Source of the DNA: Bradymonadia bacterium
GTDB lineage: Bacteria > Myxococcota_A > Bradymonadia > UBA7976 > UBA1532
Length of the DNA stretch: 64,000 bases
NCBI GenBank assembly: GCA_046290225.1
Contig: JBKAGE010000040.1
Coordinates: 54,272 to 118,271, forward strand
Direction: 5' to 3'
The notes below the pieces were generated by a model that ran no database searches, was not told the DNA's origin, and was given only the letters and a program-made list of their open reading frames with translations. Numbering within the stretch: the stretch's first letter is position 1; each line of letters starts with the position of its first letter. Of this stretch, positions 29,825 through 41,000 are shown one piece after another. A program made the position numbers and the translations under genes.

Positions 29825-31141
29825 ATGAAGACCGACTGGGAAACAATCTACAACCGGTTCGACCCCGAAGAGCCCGTGCCTTTTGCCCACCACGAGTGGC
29901 GGGTCAGGCGACGCTACAGCCCTCTGGAGCAACTCAATCCCCAACTCAACCGGCCTTTCGGTGACAAGCGTTTTGTCATCATCGGCACTGTAGGCACCGG
30001 TAAATCCACCGAGCTGCTCGCCCTCGCCGAGTCGAGGATCGAGCGTGACTTCGTGGTGGTGGTCGATCTGTGGTCATTCTTCGACCGGTTGGGTGATCCT
30101 TCCGCCCTCGATCACATCCAGCCCTGGGAGGCCATCTTCCTCACGGGCATTCACATCTACCGTGCCGCCATGGAGCGCGGGCATACATGGTCATCAGAGC
30201 GCACCGACGCCTTACAAAAAGCACGTCAGGCGTTCGAACCAGCAGAGGCGTCCTCCATCGACATCTTCAAGCTGGCTCAGGCCATCACCGTGGTGGTCGG
30301 TGGCGCGCTCGGTGGTGTCGCCACCCCCATCGCCACGGGGCTGAGCAAACTCGCGGCAGTGGGCAAATGGACTGTGCAAGTGGGCCGTAGAGCTAAGGTT
30401 CAGGAGCAAGACGAGAAAGTTCAGACGCTGCTCAACGCCGTCAACGCGCTGTTGGGGGATCTCAACGCTCAAGGCAAACGAGTCGCCTGCTTCATCGACG
30501 GCCTAGATCGAGTGCGGGCCCTCGACACCGTGGAGCACCTCTTCACCGAATCGACTTTGCTGGGGCACCTGAACTGCGCCACGGTCATGACCGGGCCCAT
30601 CTTGATTCGCCGGGAAGGCCTTGGCGGCGCGCTCCGTCAATTCAAAGTGCAGGTGCTCTCCAATGTGCCTGTGCTCGATCGAGAAGCACCACTCTCTGGA
30701 GTCACGACCAACGGCTCGCATTTCTTCAGAAAAGCCTGGTCTGCTCGTACACAAGACGGCGACTTGAGCCACGCGATCCCGGAGCCCCTCCTGGATCAGC
30801 TCGCCTGGGCCAGCGGAGGCCGGGCGCGCAACTTCATGCGGATGATTCGCGAGGTCGTGCAAGAAAGCTACAGCGCCCAGCTCGATGTCACGACCCAAGA
30901 CATCATCGAAGCGGTCATCGATCAACAGCGCCGCGATCTCGAGATGGGCATCAACCTCGGGCACCTCGAATTGCTCAAGAAGGTCGTGCTCAACAAGGGT
31001 CAGTTGCCCGAAGATGAACGCATCCTCGACCTGCTCAAGCGATTCTGGCTCTTGCCTTATCCCAACGAAAGCGAATGGTACTACCCAAACCCTCTGTTGC
31101 TTCTGGTGAAGCTCAAAGACGCGCTGAACACAGTTGGCTGA
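29825..31141 (+). CDS. P-loop (STAND/KAP-like) ATPase
   Basis: Walker A GTVGTGKST; Walker B FIDGLDR; SGGRAR; C-terminal WYYPNPLL. Confidence 0.8.
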   Translation: MKTDWETIYNRFDPEEPVPFAHHEWRVRRRYSPLEQLNPQLNRPFGDKRFVIIGTVGTGKSTELLALAESRIERDFVVVVDLWSFFDRLGDPSALDHIQPWEAIFLTGIHIYRAAMERGHTWSSERTDALQKARQAFEPAEASSIDIFKLAQAITVVVGGALGGVATPIATGLSKLAAVGKWTVQVGRRAKVQEQDEKVQTLLNAVNALLGDLNAQGKRVACFIDGLDRVRALDTVEHLFTESTLLGHLNCATVMTGPILIRREGLGGALRQFKVQVLSNVPVLDREAPLSGVTTNGSHFFRKAWSARTQDGDLSHAIPEPLLDQLAWASGGRARNFMRMIREVVQESYSAQLDVTTQDIIEAVIDQQRRDLEMGINLGHLELLKKVVLNKGQLPEDERILDLLKRFWLLPYPNESEWYYPNPLLLLVKLKDALNTVG

Positions 31142-33312
31142 AGAGGCTGCATCAGAGCCTCACATTTGGCAGAGGCAAGCGACTCATCATTCTGCGTGGC
31201 GCAGGCCCTGAGCACCTCGGCCCCGTGACCCGTATGCTCTGGTCCATCGGAGAGGCTCATGTGTGTCTGCGGTTCCCGCATCTGCTCGAATGCCCTCCTG
31301 AGAGCACCGTCGTGTACGTTCTCCAACCCGACGAGTTCGCTCAGGCCAACATCGCACGGCCGATCTTCAACGAGCGTCGCCTGAAAGCCATCCTCCTCGT
31401 CAGCGATGAGACATACATCTCGGCCATGAGTCACGCGCCAGATTTGATGGACTGGGCCAGCACCACCCTCGCAGCCGAGCCGGTGATCCCGAGGTTCGCG
31501 GTGGATGGGCTGCGTTTCTTGGCGAAGATATTCCCCTGTATCCACTGGGGCGGTGACGTCGAGTCTGCCCTCAAAGCGCTCACCCTCGCCTTTCCAGCCC
31601 AGCAACACCGAGCAGCACCACCAGCTTCCAACTACACACAACTCGTCGAAGACCTTGCCGATGTGCGCGGATGGCGGGTGGTTCTCGTACGTGATGAGGC
31701 CGAGGCCCTGCAATTGCGAGCCGCACGGGCGGAAGCGCGACGACGCGGCCGTGTCCTCGCCGTGGGCCCCCATGTGCCCGGCTGGCCTTTGGTTGATCCC
31801 GCTGTCGCACCATGGGCGGCCCTCGCGGCCTCAGGCATATCAGGAGAGCAAATCGCTGAGCATGATTGTGAGGCCGCCGCTCTGCTCCACCCGATCATCA
31901 ACCGCCCTGCTCTGGAGGCGCTGTCGGGCGTTGGCAGCCTCCCAGAGCTACGACGGGCTCTCAAAGACGCAGATCTCCCAGAGATACGCAAAGCGCAGCG
32001 CGCGAGGGCCCGCCGCGCCCTACGTGAGCATGTCATCGACGACTTTCACCACGTCGCAGCATGGGCGGACGTCACCCGGGCAAGCCCAGAGTTGGAATTG
32101 GGGTTCACGAGGCTCAACGCCGCGGCCTTACCCGCCCTGCACCGCAATCGACGTTGGCGACACGCCGCACATATCGCCCAGAAGATGTCATGGTTCGACC
32201 TCGCACACAGTTGGGCGCTCAGAGCCGTCGAACACAGCGAGCATGCCCACGGCCATCACCACACTGAGCACCGTAACGCCCTTCAGACACTTGGGCATGT
32301 CTTGGTGGAACAGGGACGCCTCGAGGAAGCAGAGCGCGCTCTCATGCCCATGCTGCCTGAAGGCAACACACTCAACCTCAAACTCGATGCTGAGACAGAT
32401 GAAGACCTGCTCATCTTGATGGGCATGCTCTGGTCTGAGCAAGAGAGGCACGCACAATCCGAATATGCTCTGAGAAGAGCCCTGACTCTGAGCCAGGACG
32501 ATCACACGCTCGTCTGGGCATCTCTCATCTTGAGCGAGGTCAAACTCAAGCAGCGTCAGATTGCAGAAGCCGAAGCGCTGTTGTTCCAGAGCTTGGAGGC
32601 TCTGGAAAGGTACGACGCACCAGATGCTGAGGAGCGCGCCACCATCGAATGGTTCTTCGCCAGGGTGGCGATTCAACAGAGCCGCCCGTCAGATGCCGAA
32701 GCACACTTCAAACGCGCGCTGAAACACCATCGTGCCAACACGGGCGAGATGACCTTGATGTACGCCACGATACTCTCCGAGGCTTCTCAGGCGTTGATTT
32801 TATTGGACAGACATGTAGAGGCAGAGGTGCTCGCACGCCGCGCGGTCAACATCTTCGAGACGGTCGCCCGCCAACACCCACTGATACACGCCGTGCGCTA
32901 TCGCCTTGGGATCGCGTTGACCTTCAAAGGGCGCCCTCAACAGGCAGAGGCACTCTTGCGCACAGTCCTGAGCGACATCTCGGAGCGAGTGTCTATGTTA
33001 AAGGCTCAGGTGCTAGCAGGCATCGCACGCACGTTGATATTTCAGGGTCGATACGCGGAGGCGCTGGATTTCTTTGAGCAGGCCTCAGCGCTTCATCTCG
33101 ACCTCTTCGGTGACATGCACCCCAACTATGGCATCTCACTCTTCGATTTTGCAGCCCACCTCGAGCAGTTCGACTCACAACGCAGCCTGCAGCTCGCCCA
33201 AAGAGCCCAGAAGATCCTGGTCCGTACACTCGATGAAGATCACCCTGTCCGGCAGGCGCTCGAGGCATTGATCGAGACGCTCATACAGACACCTCCACTG
33301 ACATCACTATGA
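31075..33312 (+). CDS. TPR protein with an N-terminal inactive-NTPase-like domain (start uncertain)
   Basis: NIARPIF...APDLMDW motif; C-terminal TPRs (GRYAEALDFFEQA, GDMHPNYG). Confidence 0.75.
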   Translation: MVLPKPSVASGEAQRRAEHSWLKRLHQSLTFGRGKRLIILRGAGPEHLGPVTRMLWSIGEAHVCLRFPHLLECPPESTVVYVLQPDEFAQANIARPIFNERRLKAILLVSDETYISAMSHAPDLMDWASTTLAAEPVIPRFAVDGLRFLAKIFPCIHWGGDVESALKALTLAFPAQQHRAAPPASNYTQLVEDLADVRGWRVVLVRDEAEALQLRAARAEARRRGRVLAVGPHVPGWPLVDPAVAPWAALAASGISGEQIAEHDCEAAALLHPIINRPALEALSGVGSLPELRRALKDADLPEIRKAQRARARRALREHVIDDFHHVAAWADVTRASPELELGFTRLNAAALPALHRNRRWRHAAHIAQKMSWFDLAHSWALRAVEHSEHAHGHHHTEHRNALQTLGHVLVEQGRLEEAERALMPMLPEGNTLNLKLDAETDEDLLILMGMLWSEQERHAQSEYALRRALTLSQDDHTLVWASLILSEVKLKQRQIAEAEALLFQSLEALERYDAPDAEERATIEWFFARVAIQQSRPSDAEAHFKRALKHHRANTGEMTLMYATILSEASQALILLDRHVEAEVLARRAVNIFETVARQHPLIHAVRYRLGIALTFKGRPQQAEALLRTVLSDISERVSMLKAQVLAGIARTLIFQGRYAEALDFFEQASALHLDLFGDMHPNYGISLFDFAAHLEQFDSQRSLQLAQRAQKILVRTLDEDHPVRQALEALIETLIQTPPLTSL

Positions 33313-33596
33313 CGCCATACATCAAAGTCATCGTCTTCGCCCTCGTACCCACCTTCGCCAACCTCGTGATGGGGTTGCCGTGGAACGCCCCGGCCACCGA
33401 CGGCCCAATGTGGTGGCACTTCATCCGGCAGGTGGTCACCGTGGGCATCTGCGGCTACACCGTGATGATGCTCTCCCTCGCAGCGCTGAGCGCGCGCCTG
33501 CCCGACGATCGCCCGCGAGATCCGAAGCAGCCCCTCCGTGTGGCGATCATGATCGCGCTGCTCATCTTCGCGGCGTGGTCGTGGTATCCCGCCTGA
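33309..33596 (+). CDS. Small membrane protein (about 3 TM helices)
   Basis: ATGA overlap with the TPR gene; hydrophobic segments. Confidence 0.65.
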   Translation: MTPYIKVIVFALVPTFANLVMGLPWNAPATDGPMWWHFIRQVVTVGICGYTVMMLSLAALSARLPDDRPRDPKQPLRVAIMIALLIFAAWSWYPA

Positions 33597-33609
33597 ACAC
33601 CGTCCTCAC

Positions 33610-35667
33610 TCACCACCAGGCCGAGAGCATCAGTCTCACCATACGGGGCGAGCCCGGGATCACGTGGGCCACCGGCAACTGACTGCGGGGCTGCGTCGTG
33701 TCCCACCACGATGCGTAGACGTACTCCCCCTCGTGCCAGCGTGTGTCGAGCAGGTTCTGCACTTGTAGATCGAGGGCCCACCAGTCGGCACGCCACCCCA
33801 GGGCGCCATCGACAACCTGGGCAGCCTTTGCCTCAGCACCAAAAGCCAATGGCCGTGGGCCGATGGCCGTGGCCAGCATGGAGGCTCGCAGGCCTCGCGG
33901 CGGGCTCAATGATGCCTTCACAGTGGCCAGCAGCGGCGGTGCACCAGGTACGGACTCCCCAGAATCGGTCAACTGAGCCCGAGCCCAGGTGACGTCACTG
34001 GAGATCAACCAGTGCCCCCCCGGGCGCAGCTCCAGCTCGAACTCACCCCCGAGACGCTCAGAGGCCGATTGCTCCACCGTGCGACCAGAGACATGATCGA
34101 AGATCGACTCCCGCTCCATCCAGATGCCGAACACTGCGGCGCCGAGAGTGAGCGCCGGCACAGGTGACCAGCGCAGGCCCAGCTCTCCCTGATCCGAGGC
34201 CACGGGGCTCAACTGACCCGTCGCCGCAGCCTGCGTCTCTGGTGGCCTGATCCCGCGGCCGGCGGCGGCGAGCACGGTAACGTGCCCGCCGAGGGGGGCC
34301 CTTCCGGAGATCCGTGGCAAGACGCGGGCGGTCCAGTCGCGACCCGACGCATTGGTCACGACATCAGTGGCCGATGCAGAGAAGGCGTCAATGCGCACAC
34401 CGGCGTCGATTTGCACCCCGTTCAGAGGAAACCACTGCACCCCGGCGCCAGCAGCGAGATGCCCTGCAGTGATCTCGGCGCCGCGATCGAGGGCCCCCTC
34501 TGTGCCCTCGGCGGCCGTCGCGGGCTGATCCGGGCGCGCAGCGTACAGCCCTCGAGCGGACTGGTCGATGCGATCCAGGCGGCCTTCGACGAGGCCACGC
34601 ACCATCCAGCTCTCCCCGAGGGGCTTGCTCACGTGTACCCGGCCACCGCCGCCCCACGTCTCTTCGCGCTGGAGTCGTCGGTCGCCACAATCCGAGTCGC
34701 TGCAGTCGGGATCGTTCACCCACCCGGTGAAGTGCTCGTCGAGGCTCAAATGACGCCAGCGGCCATGGATCTCGCTCTTCACCAGGGCGCCGGCGACGAG
34801 CGTTTGATGGCGCAATGCGAGCAGCCCTCGGGCCGAATCGCCATCGTTTTGATCACTGTAGGCGTCGTACAACCCGATGGAGGTGTCCACATCGGCCCTG
34901 CGCAGGGCGCCGGGCAGCTCGAAGTCGGCGCCATAGGCCAGCGCCATCACCTGAAGCCGATCAGCCCCCTCGCGCCAGAGCGTCCACTGACCGTTGGCAG
35001 AGAGGCGCCGGGCGGCACGCCGCGCGCCGAAGCCTTCGTCCTGCATGGCCTCGAGGGCGACGAAGTCGGAGGCCGCTCGATCCTTGGGGGCCCACATGGC
35101 CAGCACGCGATGGCGGCCCGTGTCTCCGATTTGGTAGCTCCCCCTGAGGCCCCGCGCCTGCTCTTCCACACCCAGCTCGAATGCCATGGAGCCGGCATTG
35201 GCGAAGGGACCCTGATCCAGCTGGGAGGTCCCCCGTACCACCTTCAGCCGGCGCACGCCTTCGGGGATGACGGCGCCGAGATCGAGGTAGCCATTGCCGT
35301 GGATGTTGGACCACTCGTTGAGCGGTACACCACCAAGGCGTACTTCGACATCGGCACCATGCGCGGCGTCGAACCCGCGCAAGTAGAGCTGCGGGCCCTT
35401 ACCCTCGGCGCCGTGCTGGACCACGTACACCCCTGGCGCCGCTCGGAGCAGGTCCTCGGCGGATCGCCGCGGCAAGGCCGTGAGCACGCTCTGGTCGAGC
35501 GTGCGGCCACCAGCAGTCTCTCGCGATCGACGACCCGTGACCACCACTTCGGGCTCCGCGGTGTCGCCCTCGGCCTCCTCTTCGACGATCTCGATGTCTT
35601 CCTCAGACTCGAGCTGCCCAAACGCCGCAGCAGGCATGAGGCACAGGAGCAGGCAGATCAGTCGCAA
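33610..35667 (-). CDS. TonB-dependent receptor
   Basis: EVVVTG TonB box; plug motifs LRGFDAAHG and HGNGYLD; NLLD...PR; terminal aromatic residues. Confidence 0.9.
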   Translation of the reverse strand: MRLICLLLCLMPAAAFGQLESEEDIEIVEEEAEGDTAEPEVVVTGRRSRETAGGRTLDQSVLTALPRRSAEDLLRAAPGVYVVQHGAEGKGPQLYLRGFDAAHGADVEVRLGGVPLNEWSNIHGNGYLDLGAVIPEGVRRLKVVRGTSQLDQGPFANAGSMAFELGVEEQARGLRGSYQIGDTGRHRVLAMWAPKDRAASDFVALEAMQDEGFGARRAARRLSANGQWTLWREGADRLQVMALAYGADFELPGALRRADVDTSIGLYDAYSDQNDGDSARGLLALRHQTLVAGALVKSEIHGRWRHLSLDEHFTGWVNDPDCSDSDCGDRRLQREETWGGGGRVHVSKPLGESWMVRGLVEGRLDRIDQSARGLYAARPDQPATAAEGTEGALDRGAEITAGHLAAGAGVQWFPLNGVQIDAGVRIDAFSASATDVVTNASGRDWTARVLPRISGRAPLGGHVTVLAAAGRGIRPPETQAAATGQLSPVASDQGELGLRWSPVPALTLGAAVFGIWMERESIFDHVSGRTVEQSASERLGGEFELELRPGGHWLISSDVTWARAQLTDSGESVPGAPPLLATVKASLSPPRGLRASMLATAIGPRPLAFGAEAKAAQVVDGALGWRADWWALDLQVQNLLDTRWHEGEYVYASWWDTTQPRSQLPVAHVIPGSPRMVRLMLSAWW

Positions 35668-36497
35668 TGGCCTTCACCATCGATGTGGCCCACCTGGGCC
35701 ACCTGAGCCTCGATGAACCCCCAGAGATCGGTCACGTCGGCGCTGCCCACCTGGTACCGAGCCTCGGCGGTGATGTCGACGGCGGCGAGCTCCGCGGGGG
35801 TGATGTCGCCATCGCCGTCTGCATCTGCCGAAGCGATGAGTTCGAAGGCCACCTGCGGATCGCTGGCGTCGAGATCGTCGAAGAACAGGTGATCGCCGTG
35901 GATGGTGAGCTCGTTCGCCCCGCCGCCTTCACCGAGTTGCGTGTCGATCTCGCAGCCCGTGTAGGTGCGGCTGAGGTCAAAGCCCCACTGAAAGACGAGG
36001 GACTGCTCCCCCTTGGTGGCCGACCCGCTCACCCACACGCTGTAGCCCTCGTCGCGCATCAGCTGTCGCTGAGCCTCGGTGGCGTTGCCCGCCTCGGTGG
36101 AAGAGGCCGGCGGCGCGAGGGTGTAATCGAGCCGATCGTAAGTGCCCTGAGGCAGCATGATCTCGGCGAGCGGGTGGCCGCCCTCCGAGGTCAGGGCCAG
36201 GTCGAAGATCGCGGGCCCGGCGACAGCCTGTAACGCACCGCCTCCCGAGGCGACGCCCGCTGAGTCGAGGGACACCACAAAGGCGTCGAAGGTCACCGAC
36301 CAGCCGTCGACGAACTCGTCGGCGGGGATGCCTTCTTCGATGAAAGACTCCCCATAAATCGTCAGGGCATAACTGCCCTGCGAGGCCTCTGTGCTCTCGT
36401 CTTCGTCGTCGCCACATGCGCTCAGAGAGAGCGCGCACGCGAGGGCGAGGGTCCAGCGCGTCGACACGGCGTTCATGGCAAAGCTCTTCATGGACAT
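35658..36497 (-). CDS. Lipoprotein of the TonB operon
   Basis: Lipobox LSAC; TIHGDHLFFD; C-terminal GHIDGEGHC; start overlaps the upstream stop (TGATG). Confidence 0.8.
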   Translation of the reverse strand: MSMKSFAMNAVSTRWTLALACALSLSACGDDEDESTEASQGSYALTIYGESFIEEGIPADEFVDGWSVTFDAFVVSLDSAGVASGGGALQAVAGPAIFDLALTSEGGHPLAEIMLPQGTYDRLDYTLAPPASSTEAGNATEAQRQLMRDEGYSVWVSGSATKGEQSLVFQWGFDLSRTYTGCEIDTQLGEGGGANELTIHGDHLFFDDLDASDPQVAFELIASADADGDGDITPAELAAVDITAEARYQVGSADVTDLWGFIEAQVAQVGHIDGEGHCD

Positions 36498-37279
36498 CAC
36501 GGCGTCTCCTGGGTCTCGACGAGATAGAAATCGTGGCTCTGGGTGCGTCGCACCAGCAGGTTGTAGGGCGCGCTGCCCACATCGAACGTGAGCATGTCTT
36601 CGGATGACTTGAGGGCGTCGAAATCGATCCCGTCGAAGAGTGTGTCGCCTTCGACTGGGTCGACGAGCACCAGCCTCAACGCCACCTGGGGCTGCGCATC
36701 TGCAGACAGCGACAGGCTCATCGGTGCGCCAGCAAGCGCCCGGCCCGCGTCTTGATCCACGACGCTCTGGAACTCGACGCACTCACCCGCCCGACAGGCC
36801 TGACCTTCGAAGATCAGCGTGTGGCCCACGAGAGGATCCCCTTCGGGCACATCATCCGTTGTGGCCGTGGTGAACAAGAAGTCCGCACCGCCATACGTCC
36901 CTGTCAGGAAGGTCCCTTCGCCGAGGGTGACGCCCTCGAGACAGTCCACCACGTGGTGCCCGAACAGCTCTCCGAGCACCACCCCACCGGCGCCGTGACC
37001 CGGGTGAGCGTGGGCCTGGCCGATGAGCCAGGACCACCACGGACGGGCGGCCTGCTCCACGACTTCTTCTGTGAATACAAGCTCGTCGATCACGAACTGG
37101 CAACGACTCAGAGTGATCTCGTACTCGAGATCAGTGGTCACGGGGGCGCTCGCAGCAGGCGCACTCAGAACAGGCAGGCGCACACTGCTGGCTTCCTTTT
37201 CGTCTCCACCACAACTGGCGGCGCCGACGAGGAGCAACCCCAGACCCCACGGCGCACCGCGCCGAGCAGTCAACATCAT
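36497..37279 (-). CDS. Lipoprotein with an AHAHPGH motif
   Basis: Lipobox AASC; His motif; coupled to the downstream gene. Confidence 0.8.
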   Translation of the reverse strand: MMLTARRGAPWGLGLLLVGAASCGGDEKEASSVRLPVLSAPAASAPVTTDLEYEITLSRCQFVIDELVFTEEVVEQAARPWWSWLIGQAHAHPGHGAGGVVLGELFGHHVVDCLEGVTLGEGTFLTGTYGGADFLFTTATTDDVPEGDPLVGHTLIFEGQACRAGECVEFQSVVDQDAGRALAGAPMSLSLSADAQPQVALRLVLVDPVEGDTLFDGIDFDALKSSEDMLTFDVGSAPYNLLVRRTQSHDFYLVETQETP

Positions 37280-37345
37280 CTTGATTTCCTCGCACTGGGC
37301 ACGTTGTGCCCAAAACAGCCCGACGTGTGTCGAGCGGGATCTACA

Positions 37346-37849
37346 TCAAATGTGTTTGGGGGCGAGGAGATCCTGGGGGGGAGCGCGGATGGGCCCCCCG
37401 CAAATCACAGCGCGCTGAGGCGCGATCTGCTCGGGGGGTTGGGGTGTCTCCGCGACAGGCAGAGTGACTGTGAGTGGGAGTGTGATCGCCGTGAGGAGCA
37501 ACCACGCGTCGCCGTGGGCAAGGCTGCCGTCGCCGTGGGCGAGGCAACAAACGCCATGGCCCTCCGACGCGTCTTCCGCGTCGTCGGCATCTGTCTCCGG
37601 CCCCATATTTTCGGGGGCGAAGAGCGCCATCGGGTCGAAGTCGTCGTGGTGCGCACCATGGCCTGAGTGACCATGCTCATGGTGATGCTCATGGGCGTGG
37701 TGGTGCCCATGATCGTGTGCTCCATGGTGATGCTCAGTGTCGTGTCCCCACATGTGCACAAGGGGCAGCAACACCACGGCCCAGAGCCACAGCCCGAGGG
37801 CCAGGGGCCCCCAGCGGCGGACAGCACCACGATGTCGCATCGCGCTCAT
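37346..37849 (-). CDS. His-rich DUF2946-like leader protein with C-terminal RAPP
   Basis: TM segment, poly-His tract, HGVCCLAHG and PIRAPP; GAGG RBS. Confidence 0.75.
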   Translation of the reverse strand: MSAMRHRGAVRRWGPLALGLWLWAVVLLPLVHMWGHDTEHHHGAHDHGHHHAHEHHHEHGHSGHGAHHDDFDPMALFAPENMGPETDADDAEDASEGHGVCCLAHGDGSLAHGDAWLLLTAITLPLTVTLPVAETPQPPEQIAPQRAVICGGPIRAPPQDLLAPKHI

Positions 37850-38061
37850 GGTGCCTCGGATACCATAAACCCATGGCTCATATCGAGCCCCACGGCAGCG
37901 CCTTCGAGGGGCAAACACCTGGACGAAGGCGCAGGGGTTTTCACCGGAAGATCGACAACCCCGAGGGGGTTTCCGCTATCATCCCCACCGCAACGCAAGC
38001 GTGACGCGCTTGCTGATCCCACTCGCCTTCGGGCGCCCCACGAGACGGACCTGTTCGACCG

Positions 38062-41000
38062 TTGAAGCGACTGCGCATTGTCACTGATCTCGAGCCCCTC
38101 GCCGGGGCACTGCTCAAGACCTTCGAAGAACTCGACCTGGACCAGGTGGACCACCACCGCACGGCAGTCGATCGCCTCGAGCTGAGGTATCGGGAGGGCG
38201 AAGGCGAAGCCAGGCTCACCCAGATCCTCGACTGCATCAAACCGCTGCAGCCCTCAGTCCTCATGGACGCACGCCTCACTGAGGCCGATCTCGAGCTCTA
38301 CCTCGGCGATCAGAAGGGCCTCAGCGATTGGAAGGTGAAGATCTACTCCGACTCGGAGGGGGTGGCTCAGTCATTCCGGGGCTTCGCCCGGGAGATGGGC
38401 TTCGCCGACGCAGGCCAGGAGATGGGTTTCCAGAAGCAGGCGTTGCTGGCCTATGGCGGCGCGAGCCCCTTCGCTCGACAGGTGCTGCGCTGGTTCGCCG
38501 CCAGTCAGGGCGTACATCTCACCGAAGAGAAGCGGTGGGGTGACGACGATCACGACATCTGGCTCTACATCCCCGATCCGGTGCTCGCCGACAAGCGCCC
38601 CCGAGAGCGCTTCGAGGTGGAGGTGGTCTGCGATGAGTACGAGCGAGGCCGCGCAGTCATGGGCCTCCTGGAGAAAGCGGGCTTCGAGCGGCTCACTCTA
38701 CGCGTAATGGATGTGGAGGACGCCCGCCACAGCAAGTTCACCATCGAGCCCGGGGCGTTTCGAAAGGGCACCGGCCTCGAAGACTTCGAGCTGATGCAGA
38801 GGGTGGTGGCGGAGCACCTCGAAGACGCAGGCCTCGATCCGGCCCGTTACCCCCTCGAGGTCGAGGGGGACGAGGACAACCTCAAGGCCCGCGTCATTCT
38901 GCCCCTGGGCATCTACGCCCGGGGCGAGCTGCCACCCTACGTCGGCGACATCCCTGAGCGCTTCTCGGTGACGCTGCGCACTGACGACCTCAACGGCGTG
39001 CGCACGCTCCAGTCTCAGCTCCAGGGCATGGGCTTCCACCGCGTCGCTGTAGAGATGGCGGGCTCCCGGTTGCTGGGATTCCAGATTCAGTGGGGCAGCG
39101 CCAGGGACGCGTACGACGTCCGCGGCCAGGTCAAAGAGCTGATCGAGCGACAGATGGAAGAGTTGTCGGTGCCCACCGACATGGAGCTCTTCACCACCTT
39201 CGCCAGCAGCGGGGGCCAGAGCGCCTCGGAGATCGTCATCGACTTCCCCACCACGGGCCTCGACGACGGTCGCCTCAAGCGCCGTCTGGAGATGGCCTGT
39301 AACGAGTGGGAGTTCACCTTCAAGGCCCCTGATCCCGATCAGTACCGCCCGGTCACCGACGCCATGCGCACCTTGCAGTGGAAGTCCTTCGAGACCGAGC
39401 ACGAGTCGATCAGCGAGCCTCGCATCAAATACGGCGGCGCCCCGCCGGCTCTGGTGGCCTGGATCCGAGAGCAGGTGCACCGCCTGTCGGGCACCCGGGC
39501 AGAGCTCGACAAGGCCTGGGACAACGATGACGACGACATCTGGGTTTGCCTGCCAGCGCCCGGAGAGGAGACCGTCGACACCCCCGGGCCCATCGATCTG
39601 TCGAGCTGGTTCGAAGATCGAGAAGATGCCCCGGTGCCCTTCCTCGAGATCGGCGCCCAGGCGATCCGGGTCGGCGAGGTCACCCTGCGCCGCCGCCCCC
39701 AGGGCGGCACCGACAGCGGCCTGGTGCCCGAGGCAGAGCAGTTCCTGCACTACTGCCTCGATCAGCGCACCGCGGAGACGATCAGCCATGTGGCCCTGAG
39801 CGTCTCGCTCTCGGAGCCGTGCCTGCTCGAGGGTGAGACGAGCACCTCGAAGACCAGCAGCGTGCTCTACCTCGCCTCTCTGCTCAACCAGCCGGTGGTG
39901 CGCCTGAACCTCAATGGGCAGACCGACACCGGAGAGCTGATCGGCCGGTTCCTGCCCGAGAGCCTCACCCGATTGCCGGTGGAGCCCGAAGAGTTGCTGG
40001 CCCACCGGGACGATCTCAAAGCGTCGACGGTGCAGCTGCTCGAGCGTGCCCTCGGCGAGGGCCGGGATCTCACCGAGGTCGAGGTGCAGCAGATCATCCG
40101 CGACGAAGATCTGCCCACTCGGCCCTGGCGCTGGCAGGACGGCCTCGTCGTCGGCGCCATGAAGCGAGGCTGGTGGGTGGTGCTCGACGAGCTCAACCTT
40201 GCCGAGCCGCAGATCCTCGAGCGCCTGAACTCCGTGCTCGAGCGCACGCCGTCGTTGGTGCTCACGGAGCACGACAACTCGGTCCTCGGCCCTGGTGGGG
40301 CGCCGGTGCACCCGAACTTCCGCATCTTCGCCACCATGAATCCTGCGGAATACGCCGGCCGCACCGCCCTGTCGCCGGCCTACCGCGACCGCTGGACGGG
40401 CTACCGCTACGTGAGCAGCCCCGGGGAGGCCGAGTACCTGGCCATGCTGCGGTTCCTCGTCTATGGGGCCCAACCCGAGGTGGGCCTCTATGGTGCCGCC
40501 TTCACGGGCCCGGCCATCGAGGGCCCTGCCCCCATGGCCAACCTCGCAGATCTGCCCTACATCGACGCCTTCCTCGAGGCCCTCGCCCGCTTCCACGCGG
40601 CGCTGGAGAGCGCAGTGGGCCGCAGCGAGGATCGAGCGCCTCTGCTCGGCGCCCGACGCAAAGAGCGATACGTCTTCACCCGCCGCGGCCTGCTCTCGGT
40701 GATGGACTATCTGAGCCGGATCACCGCGAGCCACGGCACCGACGCCAACGGCGCCACCCGGGCGATGCGCATGTCGCTGGCCCGTTACTACCTCGGCCGT
40801 ATCTCGTCACCGGAAGACCAGCAGACAGTGGCCCGCCTGCTCGACGCCGCAGGCATCGGCCCCAACACATGGTCCCCTGGCGAAGCCGAGGAAGACGAAG
40901 AGCAGCCCCAGACCGAGAGCCGACGGGCCACCGTGGAAATCCACGACCCGTCTGACGCCCCAGAGCTCACCGAGTTCGTCTTGAGAGAGCTCGGACCACG

